Notes: a model not told the origin generated them from the sequence alone. Shown: positions 1 to 10,847, counted from the first letter of the stretch. The stretch: DNA of 64,000 bases from Arcobacteraceae bacterium (GCA_965224485.1 CBDCZH010000023.1:64001-128000), one strand, 5' to 3'. Made by a program: numbers and translations.

Positions 1-301
1 GAACATATTTACCTATATTTTGAAAAAACCATAAAAGAGTTCTATCTTTTGTTGTAAAGAAGTGAGCCATTCCATGTTTTTGCAATAAAAAAATAATTTG
101 ATTTGCTATTCTATCTTTAGATTCTGCTCTAAAACATTGATCCATTAACTCAATTAATAAAGCCTTATCTTTTGGATGATCTAACATTTTATTCATTTTT
201 ATATAAAATTCTTTATCAAAATCACTTACAAGTTGTGTTGCTCTATTTTGCCATTTTGAAGCTAGAGTTATTGCTTCTTTTATTATCTTTTTTTCATTCA
301 T
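1..301 (-). CDS. putA: Bifunctional proline dehydrogenase / P5C dehydrogenase, 5' part only (runs off the window start)
   Basis: Not in the ORF track. Manual translation from ATG at 301 (RBS AAGGA upstream) gives MNEKKIIKEAITLASKWQNRATQLVSDFDKEFYIKMNKMLDHPKDKALLIELMDQCFR. This resembles the Campylobacter/Helicobacter PutA N-terminus (KMQKLL..PKNKVMLIELLDRSFR), which lacks an RHH domain. Confidence 0.8.
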   Translation of the reverse strand, partial: MNEKKIIKEAITLASKWQNRATQLVSDFDKEFYIKMNKMLDHPKDKALLIELMDQCFRAESKDRIANQIIFLLQKHGMAHFFTTKDRTLLWFFQNIGKYV

Positions 302-378
302 TATCAATTTCCTTAAAATTAATCTTTTTAAATAAATTTTATGTAGCTTTTCTTAATAAACGCAAGAAGGTCATCAAA

Positions 379-400
379 GAAAGGGATTAATTCCCTTTTC
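379..400 (-). terminator. Hairpin after livF, a possible terminator or attenuator before putA
   Basis: AAAGGGA-TTAAT-TCCCTTT stem just downstream of the livF stop at 419. Confidence 0.5.
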
Positions 401-418
401 TTGCTACTTAGTTTTTAT

Positions 419-1142
419 TTAGTGTTTTTTACCTAAATATGCTTCTTGTATTGTTGTTGAATTAAGAAGCTCTTGTGATGTACCTTCATGAGTTATTTTA
501 CCAACTTCTAAAACATATGCACGATCTGCCAATTTTAAAGCTGCTTTTGCATTTTGCTCTACTAATAAAACAGTAACACCACTTTGTGCTATTTCTTTAA
601 CTGCTTTAAAAATTGCTTTTATTAAAATAGGTGCAAGTCCTAAAGAAGGTTCATCAAGTATTAAAAGTTTTGGTTTACTCATAATAGCTCTACCAATTGC
701 TAACATTTGTTGCTCACCACCAGAAAGAGTACCAGCTAGCTGTTTACGTCTCTCTTTTAGTCTTGGGTAAAATATCATAAATCCATTCTAAAGTCTCTTT
801 ATCATGGTCCTTTAATGTATAAGCACCCATCATTAAATTCTCTTCAACACTTAAAATTCCAAAGATTCTTCGCCCTTCAGGAGAGTGAGACATACCTAAA
901 CTAACAATATCATGAGCTTCTGTTTTACTAATATCATTTTTATCAAAAATTATATGACCAGATTTAGATTTTATTAAACCTGAAATTGTTTGTAAAGTAG
1001 TTGTTTTACCAGCTCCATTAGCTCCTAAAATAGTAACAATCTCACCTCTTCTAACTTGTAAAGAGATTCCTTTAATAGCAGTAACTGCGCCATAAGATAC
1101 ATGTAAATCTCTAATATCTAATAATATTTCATTATTTACCAT
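419..1142 (-). CDS. livF: Branched-chain/proline ABC transporter ATP-binding subunit (frameshift near 770)
   Basis: Two overlapping ORFs: Walker [10 protein letters not shown] in 744..1142; LSGGEQQ and LILDEP in 419..778. Confidence 0.9.
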
Positions 1143-1922
1143 TATTCATCCTCCTCATCATCATCAATACCAATATAAGCCTCAATAACTCTAGGGTCAT
1201 CTTGAACAAAAGAAGGTTTTCCTTGAGAAATTTCTTTTCCAAAATTAATTACAGTAATATAATCAGTTAAATTCATAACCATGCTCCATATCATGTTCAA
1301 TCATCATGATACCAAGACCTTTTTCCTTGATTTTTCTAATAATTCTAGTTAACTCAATAGTTTCATTTTCATTTAAACCAGCAGCTGGTTCATCTAAAAT
1401 TAGAATTTCAGGATCAGCTGCAAGAGCTCTTGCCATTTCAACTTTTCTTTGATTACCATATGATAAATCTCCTGCTGGAGTTGAAGCAAATTCACTCAAA
1501 CCAAAAAAGTCCATTAATTCTTCTACTTTTTTCCAATGTTTAAGCTCATCTTTTTTATAAAAAGGTGTATGTATAATTGAGTGATACCATTTTTGCTTAG
1601 ACTTAGTATGTGTTCCAGCTATAATATTTTCAGCAACACTCATTTCTTTAAAAAGTCTAATATTTTGAAAAGTTCTTAAAACTCCTCTTTGAGCAATTTT
1701 ATGGGGACTCATACCTGTTATATCTTCACCCTTATATTTAATACTTCCTTTTTCAGGAGTATAAATACCAGTAACACAATTAAAAAGTGTTGTTTTACCA
1801 GCACCATTAGGGCCTATAATTCCATATATTTGACCAGGTTTAACTTTTATAGTTAAATCATCAATAGCAACTAAACCATGAAAGAATTTTGAAACATTAG
1901 TTATTTCTAAAACATATTCCAT
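1142..1922 (-). CDS. livG: ABC transporter ATP-binding subunit (frameshift near 1285)
   Basis: GPNGAGKTT, LSYGNQR and LDEPAAG. The C-terminus (VINFGKEISQG..DPRVIEAYIG) continues in another frame to TAA at 1142. Confidence 0.9.
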
Positions 1923-2896
1923 TATTTCTCCTTGCTTTCATTAGTTTTCTTAAGGGTTTTTCTTTTTAAGAAATCTGGAATATTTCCAAAAGAAGCTGGC
2001 CATACACCATTTGGTCTTAAAATCATTGTTAAAACCATAGCCGCACCAAAGATTAAGTAACGTGATTCTTTAAATTCAGTAAATAATTCAGGTAATACAA
2101 ACATTACGAATGTTCCAATAATAATACCAGGCACTGAAGCAGATCCACCTACAAGAACAATTGCAAAAAACATAACACTTTGCATGAAGTTAAAAGACTC
2201 AGGACTTACAGCTGAGTATTGAATAGCAAAAATAGCTCCAGCAGCTCCTGCAATAGCAGCTCCTAATGCAAAAGCAAAAAGTTTATAATATGAGATATTT
2301 ATTCCCATAGATTTTGCAGCAATTTCATCTTTATGTATATAATACAAAGCTCTTCCATATTTAGAAGCATCAAGATTTTTGATAATTGCAAAAGTAATAA
2401 GTAATAAAGCAAAAGCCATATAATAAATCGCAGTATCTGAGAATAGTTCATATCCGAATATTCGCACTACATCTATTCCAAAAATACCGTTAGGTCCTCC
2501 TGTTAGACCAAATACATCATTTGATAAAACTTGTTCAAAAATAATATTAAATCCAATAGTTGCAACTAATAAATAATCACCTCTTAAGTGAATAATAGGA
2601 CCAGCTATTAAAACTGAAATAATCATAGGAATTAATATAGCAAAAGGAAGAGTATAAATAATCTCCATTCCAAAATGAACATTTAAAATAGCTGTTGTAT
2701 ATGCTCCCATTCCAAAAAAGATAGCATGACCCATATTAAAAATACCAGCACGTCCTAGAATAATATCTTGAGAAAAAGCAACTACTGCAAAAACTAAAAA
2801 TGTAATTCCTATACTTAACCAAGCAGAATCAACTAAAAACGGAAAAATAGCCATTACTGCCATAAATAAAGTAGTAATTAGTGTTGTTTTATTCAT
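1922..2896 (-). CDS. livM: Branched-chain amino acid ABC permease
   Basis: Hydrophobic; LRGDYL and TGGPNG motifs; operon position. Confidence 0.9.
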   Translation of the reverse strand: MNKTTLITTLFMAVMAIFPFLVDSAWLSIGITFLVFAVVAFSQDIILGRAGIFNMGHAIFFGMGAYTTAILNVHFGMEIIYTLPFAILIPMIISVLIAGPIIHLRGDYLLVATIGFNIIFEQVLSNDVFGLTGGPNGIFGIDVVRIFGYELFSDTAIYYMAFALLLITFAIIKNLDASKYGRALYYIHKDEIAAKSMGINISYYKLFAFALGAAIAGAAGAIFAIQYSAVSPESFNFMQSVMFFAIVLVGGSASVPGIIIGTFVMFVLPELFTEFKESRYLIFGAAMVLTMILRPNGVWPASFGNIPDFLKRKTLKKTNESKEK

Positions 2897-3798
2897 TATA
2901 CTTTCTCCGCTATTTTTTCGCCTAATAAACCAGTAGGTCTTACAATTAAAATAATAATAAGCAATATAAAGGTAAATGTTTCAGCCCACTCAGTTGAGAT
3001 ATAACCAGAAATCATAGCATTAAATAATCCTAATAATAAACCACCTAACATAGCACCTGGAATAGAACCAATTCCTCCAATAATAGCTGCAATAAAAGCA
3101 TTTAAGCCATATAACCAACCCATATCAAAAGTCAAACCTCTATAATAAATACCAATAAATAGTCCACCAATAGCACCTAACATAGAACCAATTACAAAAA
3201 TAATAACAATAATTCTATTAACATTAATACCCATAAGTTTAGCAGCATCTTGATCAATAGCACTAGCTCTTATTGCTGTTCCCATTTTTGTTTTATTAAT
3301 AAAAATATATAAAGCTATCATTAAAACGGCTGAAAGTATTAAAATTACTAATTGTGTAAAAGAAATTATTACCCCACCAAAATTCCAAGAAGTACTTGGG
3401 AATATATCAGCTGGGAATATTTTCATATTTGGTCCCCAAATTAACATAATTGCATTTTGTATAACTAAAGATGCCCCTAGAGCTGAAACAACAGCACTAA
3501 GTCTTGGTGCAGTTCTTAAAGGTCTGTATGCAAGACGCTCAAGAAGAACACCTACAAAAGCTACAATAATTGATGTTAATAAAAACACTATAATAATGCT
3601 AACTAAAGAGTAAGCATTTGATCCAAAAAATTGTGTAAATACAGTAAGTCCTACATATGCAGAAAAGGCAACAAGGTCACCGTGTGCGAAGTTAATTAAC
3701 TTCATCACACCGTAAACCATTGTATATCCTAAAGCTACTAGTGCATATAAACTTCCTATAGTTAAACCATTAATTAACTGTTGAAAAAAAATATCCAT
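2896..3798 (-). CDS. livH: Branched-chain amino acid ABC permease
   Basis: QQLINGLTIGSLYALVALGYTMVYG..INFAHG signature. Confidence 0.92.
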   Translation of the reverse strand: MDIFFQQLINGLTIGSLYALVALGYTMVYGVMKLINFAHGDLVAFSAYVGLTVFTQFFGSNAYSLVSIIIVFLLTSIIVAFVGVLLERLAYRPLRTAPRLSAVVSALGASLVIQNAIMLIWGPNMKIFPADIFPSTSWNFGGVIISFTQLVILILSAVLMIALYIFINKTKMGTAIRASAIDQDAAKLMGINVNRIIVIIFVIGSMLGAIGGLFIGIYYRGLTFDMGWLYGLNAFIAAIIGGIGSIPGAMLGGLLLGLFNAMISGYISTEWAETFTFILLIIILIVRPTGLLGEKIAEKV

Positions 3799-3819
3799 TT
3801 TATAATAACCTTATTTCAA

Positions 3820-4944
3820 TTATTGGGTAACTACTGTTTTACTACCATCATTGCTCATTTTATAAACAACAAATTTAGCACCAACTCTTTCACCATCTTC
3901 TCTAATATTAAAAGGACCTGTAATTCCAGGGAAGTCTTTCATATCATTTCTAATATATTCAGAGATTTTTTTAGTATCAAAAGATTTGGTTTGCTCAACA
4001 CCTTCAATAATTGCTCTTAATCCATCAGCATTAGTAACAGGCCAGATTGATGGAGGATCCATTTTAAATCTTGCTTTATAAGCTGCTAAATATTTTTTAG
4101 CTTCTTCGTATGGTAAAATTTCAGGAGTTGGAAAGTTAATTAAAATTGTTCCAGTTGCTGCTTTACCTGCTAGTTTATGAAAATCAGGATTATCATTTGA
4201 ATCTCCACCTACAAAATCAGCTGGAATTTGTAATTGTGCTTGTTGTGATCTTAATAAACCACCATCAGTATAATAACCAGAGTAATAAATAACATCAGGT
4301 TTCATAGATTTGATTTTAGTTAAGATTGCTGTAAAGTTTTGAGTTCCAGATTTAATCTTACCTCTAAAAATCACATTTCCACCAATAGCTTTAAGTGAAG
4401 CTTCAGTTGAATCACCAAGTCCAGTTGAATATGATGAATAATCAGATAAAACTACAATTCTTTTATATTGTTTAGTATTTACCATATATTCAGCTGTAAA
4501 ATCACTTTGTGAAGCATTTGGAAATGAATTTCTAAAAAAAGTCCAATATTTTCTTTTAATTAAACTATCACTTGTTCCATCAGAAGTTTGAAGAACTTTA
4601 TTTCTATAATATGTAGTTTGAGCAGCTTCTGTTGCTCCTGAAGTATAAGAACCAATTACAGCAAAAACACCAGCATTTACTAGTTTTTTAGCACAAACAG
4701 CAGCTTTTTGAGCTTTTGCTTCATCATCACAAGTAACGATTTCAATTTGTTTACCTAAAAGACCACCAGCGGCATTCTTTTCATCAACAATTAATTTAAC
4801 AAAGTTTTCAATACTTTGACCCTCATTTGCATATTTTCCAGTAATTGGAGCTTGAACACCAATTTTAACAGTATCAGCTGCACTTAATGCAGTACAAAGT
4901 GTAACACTTAGTGCTAATGCACCAACAAGTTTTGTAATTTTCAT
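3820..4944 (-). CDS. livK: LivJ/K-family periplasmic binding protein, probably proline-related by context
   Basis: Signal peptide; KIGVQAPITG, GGLLGKQIEIV..DDE and FPGITG motifs. Confidence 0.85.
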   Translation of the reverse strand: MKITKLVGALALSVTLCTALSAADTVKIGVQAPITGKYANEGQSIENFVKLIVDEKNAAGGLLGKQIEIVTCDDEAKAQKAAVCAKKLVNAGVFAVIGSYTSGATEAAQTTYYRNKVLQTSDGTSDSLIKRKYWTFFRNSFPNASQSDFTAEYMVNTKQYKRIVVLSDYSSYSTGLGDSTEASLKAIGGNVIFRGKIKSGTQNFTAILTKIKSMKPDVIYYSGYYTDGGLLRSQQAQLQIPADFVGGDSNDNPDFHKLAGKAATGTILINFPTPEILPYEEAKKYLAAYKARFKMDPPSIWPVTNADGLRAIIEGVEQTKSFDTKKISEYIRNDMKDFPGITGPFNIREDGERVGAKFVVYKMSNDGSKTVVTQ

Positions 4945-4971
4945 TTATTCTCCTCTTTTTTTTAAATAAAT

Positions 4972-5634
4972 CTACTTAAAGATAGGCTTTATTATATAAC
5001 AGCCAACAGACCATTGCCCGATATTGGCAATATCAATAATTTCTCCTCCTTCAAAGTTAGATTTTACATTCACATACTCACTTACAATTTCGTCAAAAGA
5101 TTCAATAATATCTTTTAACCTTTGTGGAGCTTTTTTTCTAGCAGTATTTGAGATATCAAGATAAAAAGCAAAAAGACCATAATCTAAAGTAGAATCATCT
5201 TTATTTTCTCTATTTAATATCTTACATATTTTATGAATTTCATTTTTATACTCTTCTTTTACATTTCTAACACCATTTTTTAAAGACATAACAACTCTTG
5301 AAACAGAATCATTATCTGTTTTATGCTCAAATCTTTCATCTAAAGTTAAACATATTGTTTCAGGTGATAAATAATTCTTTTTCATAAATTCTCTAAATCC
5401 ATCTCTTTTAGGTAAAGAACATCGCAAAATATCAGCTATTGTCGCATCCATGAAAATTTCAGGAAAATTTTGCAATTTTGCAATTTCTTGAGATACATGT
5501 ATGCTTAAAAATTTAGCAGGAGCATAAGATAGATATAATTCATCCCCTGTCCAAGTAGCAAAGTTATTTCTTGCAATTTTGATTCCTCTTAAAACTGCTT
5601 GAATTATTTCATCTTGTGAAGGAAAACTACTCAT
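4972..5634 (-). CDS. Hypothetical protein (~220 aa), possibly a degenerate PD-(D/E)XK-fold protein
   Basis: Long ORF. Likely start is ATG 5634 (RBS AAGGAGAG), which overlaps the stop of the upstream RHH gene. The fold guess is inference only. Confidence 0.6.
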   Translation of the reverse strand: MSSFPSQDEIIQAVLRGIKIARNNFATWTGDELYLSYAPAKFLSIHVSQEIAKLQNFPEIFMDATIADILRCSLPKRDGFREFMKKNYLSPETICLTLDERFEHKTDNDSVSRVVMSLKNGVRNVKEEYKNEIHKICKILNRENKDDSTLDYGLFAFYLDISNTARKKAPQRLKDIIESFDEIVSEYVNVKSNFEGGEIIDIANIGQWSVGCYIIKPIFK

Positions 5635-5866
5635 GTTTCTCTCCTTCATAGTTTTCATCAACTTCTTCTATGATTCCACTTTCATATAAGATGTCTTCAA
5701 TTAGTCTATTTTTAGAAATGTTAATTTGTGTTGATAATAGGATTAAAGCTTTATCTAGTTTTTTGTCTATTTTAATAGTAAGTTGAGAAATTTCTTTTTT
5801 GCCATTTTTAGTATGTTTATTAATAACATTTTTTATAACAGCTCTAGAGTTTTTTTGCTTCGCCAT
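5627..5866 (-). CDS. Small ribbon-helix-helix-like DNA-binding protein
   Basis: SQLTIKIDKKLDKALILLSTQINISKNRLIEDIL fits the RHH beta-strand/helix/helix pattern. Confidence 0.6.
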   Translation of the reverse strand: MAKQKNSRAVIKNVINKHTKNGKKEISQLTIKIDKKLDKALILLSTQINISKNRLIEDILYESGIIEEVDENYEGEKHE

Positions 5867-5890
5867 ACATCCACTTTTTTAAATTAATTT

Positions 5891-5913
5891 AAGTACTACT
5901 TTTAGTAGTACTT
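5891..5913. promoter_or_regulatory. Perfect 10-bp inverted repeat, candidate operator
   Basis: AAGTACTACT-TTT-AGTAGTACTT, about 25 bp upstream of the RHH start codon. Confidence 0.6.
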
Positions 5914-6003
5914 ATTTTTCTTAATGATTATTACATTGGAAAAATTAAAATTAACTTAAAAATAATAGAAATTTTTTCTAAAAAAGGGTGAATGTATGAC
6001 TAA

Positions 6004-6031
6004 GTAGCATAATGCTACGTTAATGCTACGT
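6004..6031. repeat. Overlapping palindrome and tandem repeat
   Basis: GTAGCAT-A-ATGCTAC inverted repeat (6004-6018) plus TAATGCTACGT x2 (6010-6031). Confidence 0.55.
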
Positions 6032-6064
6032 TAGGGTGTTTTTTTTGATTTTTTTTACGTAAAA

Positions 6065-6703
6065 TTAAATATTAATATACTTTTTTACTACCTCCACTAA
6101 ATTATTAATAATTTTATCTGATAGCGCAACTGCTTTTTCTTCATCTGAATTAATAATTGCTTCTATTAAATCAATATGTACTAAAGCAGATTTTTCTAAG
6201 TCTTCAATACCTTTATAATAATACCAAAATCTTCTACTTCTAACATGTAAAGGTGTTGTTGCTCTTGTAGCAAAATCATTTCTAGCAGCTTCAAAAATAG
6301 TTTGATCAAGAACTTTATCAATTCTTAAATACTCAATGACATCTTTATTTTTAACAGCTTCTTGCATTAAGTTCTTAAACTCTAAGATTTTACTCTTTTC
6401 TGTAGCTGTTGCATATTTAGCAGCTCTTGCTATTAAAAGTCTATCTAATACTCGTCTTGTATCTAAAATAGCCAATTGGTTTGTCATATTAATATCTGAT
6501 ATTTCTATTCCACGTCTTGGTATTATATTAATTAAAGATTCATATGAGAGTTTTAATAAAGCTTCCCTTAATGGTGTTCTACTTATATCTGATAAAACCA
6601 TTAACTCTTTTTCAGAATATGTTTTTCCTGGTTCTAACTTTAATGTAACTAATAACTCTTCTAAAATTCTATATGCTCTTGATGATAATTTATTTTCTGG
6701 CAT
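6065..6703 (-). CDS. GntR/FadR-family (FCD) transcriptional regulator
   Basis: LEPG..SEKEL..ISRTPLREAL winged HTH followed by an FCD-like domain. Confidence 0.92.
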   Translation of the reverse strand: MPENKLSSRAYRILEELLVTLKLEPGKTYSEKELMVLSDISRTPLREALLKLSYESLINIIPRRGIEISDINMTNQLAILDTRRVLDRLLIARAAKYATATEKSKILEFKNLMQEAVKNKDVIEYLRIDKVLDQTIFEAARNDFATRATTPLHVRSRRFWYYYKGIEDLEKSALVHIDLIEAIINSDEEKAVALSDKIINNLVEVVKKYINI

Positions 6704-6714
6704 TATTCAATCCT

Positions 6715-7758
6715 TTATCTTAAAAAAAATCCATATTTTAATTCATCATCACAATCAATTAAAAACTTGTGTTCTCCTGTAATATATGCATTTGCAGTAA
6801 CTTGTGGGATAACTGAGGTATAAGGTCCATAAGTAAGTTCTTTTATAACTTTTACCTCAAAACTTGTATTTATAATACTCTCAATTCGTATACTTTCATT
6901 TAATAAAAGTTCTTTTTTCTTATAAGCAATAGCAGCACGTCCGGACACTCCTGAACCAGTTGGACTTCTATCAACTTCACCATTCGCAAAAACACATACA
7001 TTTTTACTATGGAAGTTTTCTGATTTACTAATAAAAATGACTCCATATAAAAAACTTAAATCTTCTTCAAAAGGGTGTTTTATATTATCTTTGTTTTTTA
7101 TAATAGCTTGTTTAATTTTCTTCCCATAAGAGATGATTTTATCATAATTATCCTTATTCAAAGAAAGTGAAATTTTATCTGCATTTACATAAGCATAAAA
7201 AGCTCCACCATAAGCTAAATCATAAACCACCCTACCTATAGAAGGTACATCAATACTTTCATCTAAGGCAAGAACAAAAGATGGAACACAGTTAAAACTA
7301 ACACTTAATACATTACCTTCTTTATCTATTTTTGCATATGAATCAAGTTGTCCGCAAGGTGCATCTATTTTTATATGTGTTATAGGGTAAGTTTTTTCAA
7401 CCCAGCCCAAAAGCACTGCTAATTTAGTAATTGCAATGGTAGCATGACCACACATAGTGCTATAACCTTCATTGTGCATAAAAACAACTCCAAAATCAGA
7501 ATCTTTATTTTCTGGTTCTACAATTAAAACTCCATACATATCAGCATGACCACGCGGTTCATACATTAAAGCTTTTCTTAAATAATCTAAATTATCTTTA
7601 ACATAATTTCTTTTTTCTAAAATACTAGAACCTTTAATTAAAGGATAACCATCAATAATAACTCGTAAAGGTTCGCCACATGTATGCATATCAATTGTTT
7701 TAACTTCTAAAAAACCTTTTGATATTTTAGAGTTTTTTATTTTGTCTAAAATTTTCAT
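6715..7758 (-). CDS. Proline racemase superfamily, Cys/Thr type: trans-3-hydroxy-L-proline dehydratase
   Basis: HNEGYSTMCGH and DRSPTGSG. Thr in place of the second Cys is the established dehydratase signature. Confidence 0.85.
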   Translation of the reverse strand: MKILDKIKNSKISKGFLEVKTIDMHTCGEPLRVIIDGYPLIKGSSILEKRNYVKDNLDYLRKALMYEPRGHADMYGVLIVEPENKDSDFGVVFMHNEGYSTMCGHATIAITKLAVLLGWVEKTYPITHIKIDAPCGQLDSYAKIDKEGNVLSVSFNCVPSFVLALDESIDVPSIGRVVYDLAYGGAFYAYVNADKISLSLNKDNYDKIISYGKKIKQAIIKNKDNIKHPFEEDLSFLYGVIFISKSENFHSKNVCVFANGEVDRSPTGSGVSGRAAIAYKKKELLLNESIRIESIINTSFEVKVIKELTYGPYTSVIPQVTANAYITGEHKFLIDCDDELKYGFFLR

Positions 7759-8656
7759 TTTTATCCTTTTGCATAACTTTTCTATCTGAAATAAAAACTA
7801 AAAATATTCCTGCAATTATAATACTTGAGAGAAGAATAAAAGAAAAACTCAAAATCTCATTTAAAAATATTGCACTTAATATTATAGAAACCATAGGAAC
7901 TAGAAGTAAAAAAGGTGAAATAAAACTAATATCTTGCGTTTTTACTAAATATGCCCATATACTATGAGCTAAAATACTAGAAGCTAGAACTGTATACAAA
8001 AATGCATAATATGTAATACTTTGCTCTATTTTTGAAAAACTCTCTATTAGGCTTGTAATACTTTGATTATTTAAAAGCATTAAACAATACATCATAGGTA
8101 TACCTAAAGTAGAAATCCAAGCAATAAGAGAAATACTGCTTACTTCTTTTATTTTTTTTACAAGAATAAAATATAAACCTAAACAACAAGCAGAAGCTAA
8201 GGCTATAAAAAAAGAAATTTGACTTTGTAATAAACTTGGATCAAAAAGTAAAGCAATTATTCCTATAAAAGAGACTAATAAACCAAATATTCTTAAACCT
8301 GAAGCTTTATCTTTATAAATAAACCAAGATAACAATATTGAAAAAGGAATAGCTATTTGTAAGATAACAGAAATTGCCCCAACACTTTTTGTAAGTTCTA
8401 AAGATAAGAATAGAAGTCCAAAATGACCAGGAACTAAAACTATACTTGTTAAACATAAATAATAAAAGTCTTTTAAAGAGGGTAATTTTAATAAAGCAGG
8501 GAATAATAATAAAGATACAAGAGTTAAACGCAAAACAAGGGCTGTATATGCTTCTATTTCTTTAACTAAAAAAGAAATAGCTATAAAATTACCAGCCCAT
8601 AAAAAAACTACTAAAAGAATTAAGAAGAGAACAAAAGATTTATCTTTTAAAAACAT
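7727..8656 (-). CDS. EamA/DMT family transporter
   Basis: About 10 TM segments; LWAGNF motif. Confidence 0.85.
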   Translation of the reverse strand: MFLKDKSFVLFLILLVVFLWAGNFIAISFLVKEIEAYTALVLRLTLVSLLLFPALLKLPSLKDFYYLCLTSIVLVPGHFGLLFLSLELTKSVGAISVILQIAIPFSILLSWFIYKDKASGLRIFGLLVSFIGIIALLFDPSLLQSQISFFIALASACCLGLYFILVKKIKEVSSISLIAWISTLGIPMMYCLMLLNNQSITSLIESFSKIEQSITYYAFLYTVLASSILAHSIWAYLVKTQDISFISPFLLLVPMVSIILSAIFLNEILSFSFILLSSIIIAGIFLVFISDRKVMQKDKNENFRQNKKL

Positions 8657-8699
8657 CTATATCCTTTTTTTAATTATTTAGTAATTATTCATTTTAAGT

Positions 8700-9425
8700 T
8701 TAATTTAAAACCTTTGATAAAAATTGCTTCGTTCTCTCTTTTTGTGGATTACCTATAACTTCTTCAGGTGTTCCAATTTCTTCTATTACACCTTTATGAA
8801 AAAATGCAACTCTATCTGATACTTCTCTTGCAAAAGCAATTTCATGAGTTACACAAATCATGGTCATTCCTTCTTTTCGTAAAAGTCTTAAAGTATCAAG
8901 TACTTCTCCAACTAACTCAGGATCTAAAGCTGAAGTGATTTCATCAAACAACATATATTCAGGCTCCATTGCAAGGGCTCTTGCAATTGCTAGTCTTTGT
9001 TGTTGGCCTCCTGACATTCTTGAAGGAAACTCATCAAACTTATCACCAAGACCTACATGAATCAACTGCTCTTTTGCAATTTTTTCAGCATCTTCTTTTG
9101 ATTTACCTAAAACCTTTTGTGGTGCTAAGCTTACATTTTCTAAGACAGTTAAATGAGGAAAAGAGTTCCATTGCTGAAAAACCATACCAATTTTTTGTCT
9201 TAATTTATTAATATCTGTTTTTTTACTATGTACTGAAACATTATCAACAAATACTTCACCTTGTTGAATATTCTCAATTGCGTTAATACAATAAAGCATA
9301 GTAGATTTACCAGAACCAGAACCTCCAATTACTGATAAAACCTCACCTTTTTTTACTGTTAAATCAATACCTTTTAATACTTCTAAATCTCCAAAAGATT
9401 TATGAACTTTTTTTAATTCAATCAT
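8700..9425 (-). CDS. Polar amino acid ABC transporter ATP-binding protein
   Basis: GGSGSGKST, MSGGQQQR and FDEITSALDPEL. Confidence 0.92.
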   Translation of the reverse strand: MIELKKVHKSFGDLEVLKGIDLTVKKGEVLSVIGGSGSGKSTMLYCINAIENIQQGEVFVDNVSVHSKKTDINKLRQKIGMVFQQWNSFPHLTVLENVSLAPQKVLGKSKEDAEKIAKEQLIHVGLGDKFDEFPSRMSGGQQQRLAIARALAMEPEYMLFDEITSALDPELVGEVLDTLRLLRKEGMTMICVTHEIAFAREVSDRVAFFHKGVIEEIGTPEEVIGNPQKERTKQFLSKVLN

Positions 9426-10144
9426 ATTTTTAATTTCCTTTCTAAATGCGTTGCATATAATGAAATAGGATAAGAAATTATAAAATAAAATACCCCAACA
9501 CCTATTAATAATAATAATGCCTCTTGAGTTTTAGATATTAACTCTTCTGTAGTTTTTAAAATCTCTAAATAACCAATAACAGATACTAGAGCTGAATCTT
9601 TAATTACAGATAAAACAATACTAATCCATGAAGGAAAAACTGTTCTTAAACCCAAAGGAAAAACTATATATCTATAATCTTGCCAATAAGAAAGACCTAA
9701 AGACCTAGCCGCTCTTCTTGTTGTTTGAGGAACTGAATCAATACCAGCTCTTACAACTTCTGTTACAAATGCTGAGGTATATGAAGATAAAACAATAGCC
9801 CCTACCCAAAAAATAGAAATATCAATTTCTAAAATTCCCATAAATGAGTAAAATAGAATAAATTGTATAATTAAAGGAACTGAACGTAAAATATCTAAAA
9901 AACCACTAAGAAAAATATTAGTGATTGTTCCAGCATTTGCTTTAAAATAACCAAAAATAAGACCAAAAAATGTTCCTATTATTATAGATACTACTGAAAT
10001 ATAAATAGTTCGTACTAGTCCTTCTAATAAAAATTCTAAATCATAATATGTCAATGTAGAGTTTTTTATTGCAACAAAAGCACTATAAATAATATATAAA
10101 GATAACAGTGTATAAATTACATATTTAATTTGTTTATTACTCAT
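9422..10144 (-). CDS. Polar amino acid ABC permease
   Basis: RSVPLIIQ, EVVRAGI (EAA region) and KDSALVS. Confidence 0.9.
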   Translation of the reverse strand: MSNKQIKYVIYTLLSLYIIYSAFVAIKNSTLTYYDLEFLLEGLVRTIYISVVSIIIGTFFGLIFGYFKANAGTITNIFLSGFLDILRSVPLIIQFILFYSFMGILEIDISIFWVGAIVLSSYTSAFVTEVVRAGIDSVPQTTRRAARSLGLSYWQDYRYIVFPLGLRTVFPSWISIVLSVIKDSALVSVIGYLEILKTTEELISKTQEALLLLIGVGVFYFIISYPISLYATHLERKLKI

Positions 10145-10818
10145 ACTGTATCTCCTCTAAAAATTTTATAAGATAAAAGTTTTGAAGCTAATAGAACTAT
10201 TTTTGCAATAACAAAATACATTATTGCTGTAATTAAATAAAACTCGAATGTTCTAAAAGATAAAGACTGTAACTGATCTGTTTTACCAGTTAACTCTAAC
10301 ATTCCAACTAACGTTCCTAAAGAAGTCATCAAAATAGCCCAAATCATTTGATTTGTCATTGGATGATAAACTTTTCTTAAAACTTGAGGCAAAATAATAT
10401 ACCAATACGTTTGTAACTTAGTCATACCCAATGATCTTGAAGCAGACATTTGAGTACTTGGAATTGAAGCGAAACCACCTCTTAGTGTTTCAGCTAAATA
10501 TCCAGCATTATTAAAAGTCAAGGCTGCTAATACAGCGATATAAGGACTTAAATGAATACCAAAGGCTCCTAAACCAAAATAAGCCATATATATTTGAAAA
10601 AGCGCAGGAGTATTTCTAGCTAACTCAATCCAAACAACACTAGGAGTTCGTAATAATTCATTTTTTGAATCCTTACCTAAAGATAAAAACACAGCTATTA
10701 TTAAACCAAAAAACATAGAAATAAGTGCTACTTCTAAAGTAACAACGGCTGCACTTAACATTTGCGGAAAAACGTTCCATACTGTTATCCAGTGGAAGGT
10801 ATAATCAAAATCAAACAT
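10141..10818 (-). CDS. Polar amino acid ABC permease
   Basis: RNTPALFQ and AGYLAETLRGG. Confidence 0.9.
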   Translation of the reverse strand: MFDFDYTFHWITVWNVFPQMLSAAVVTLEVALISMFFGLIIAVFLSLGKDSKNELLRTPSVVWIELARNTPALFQIYMAYFGLGAFGIHLSPYIAVLAALTFNNAGYLAETLRGGFASIPSTQMSASRSLGMTKLQTYWYIILPQVLRKVYHPMTNQMIWAILMTSLGTLVGMLELTGKTDQLQSLSFRTFEFYLITAIMYFVIAKIVLLASKLLSYKIFRGDTV

Positions 10819-10847
10819 AATTAATTCCTTATATTAATATACAAATC

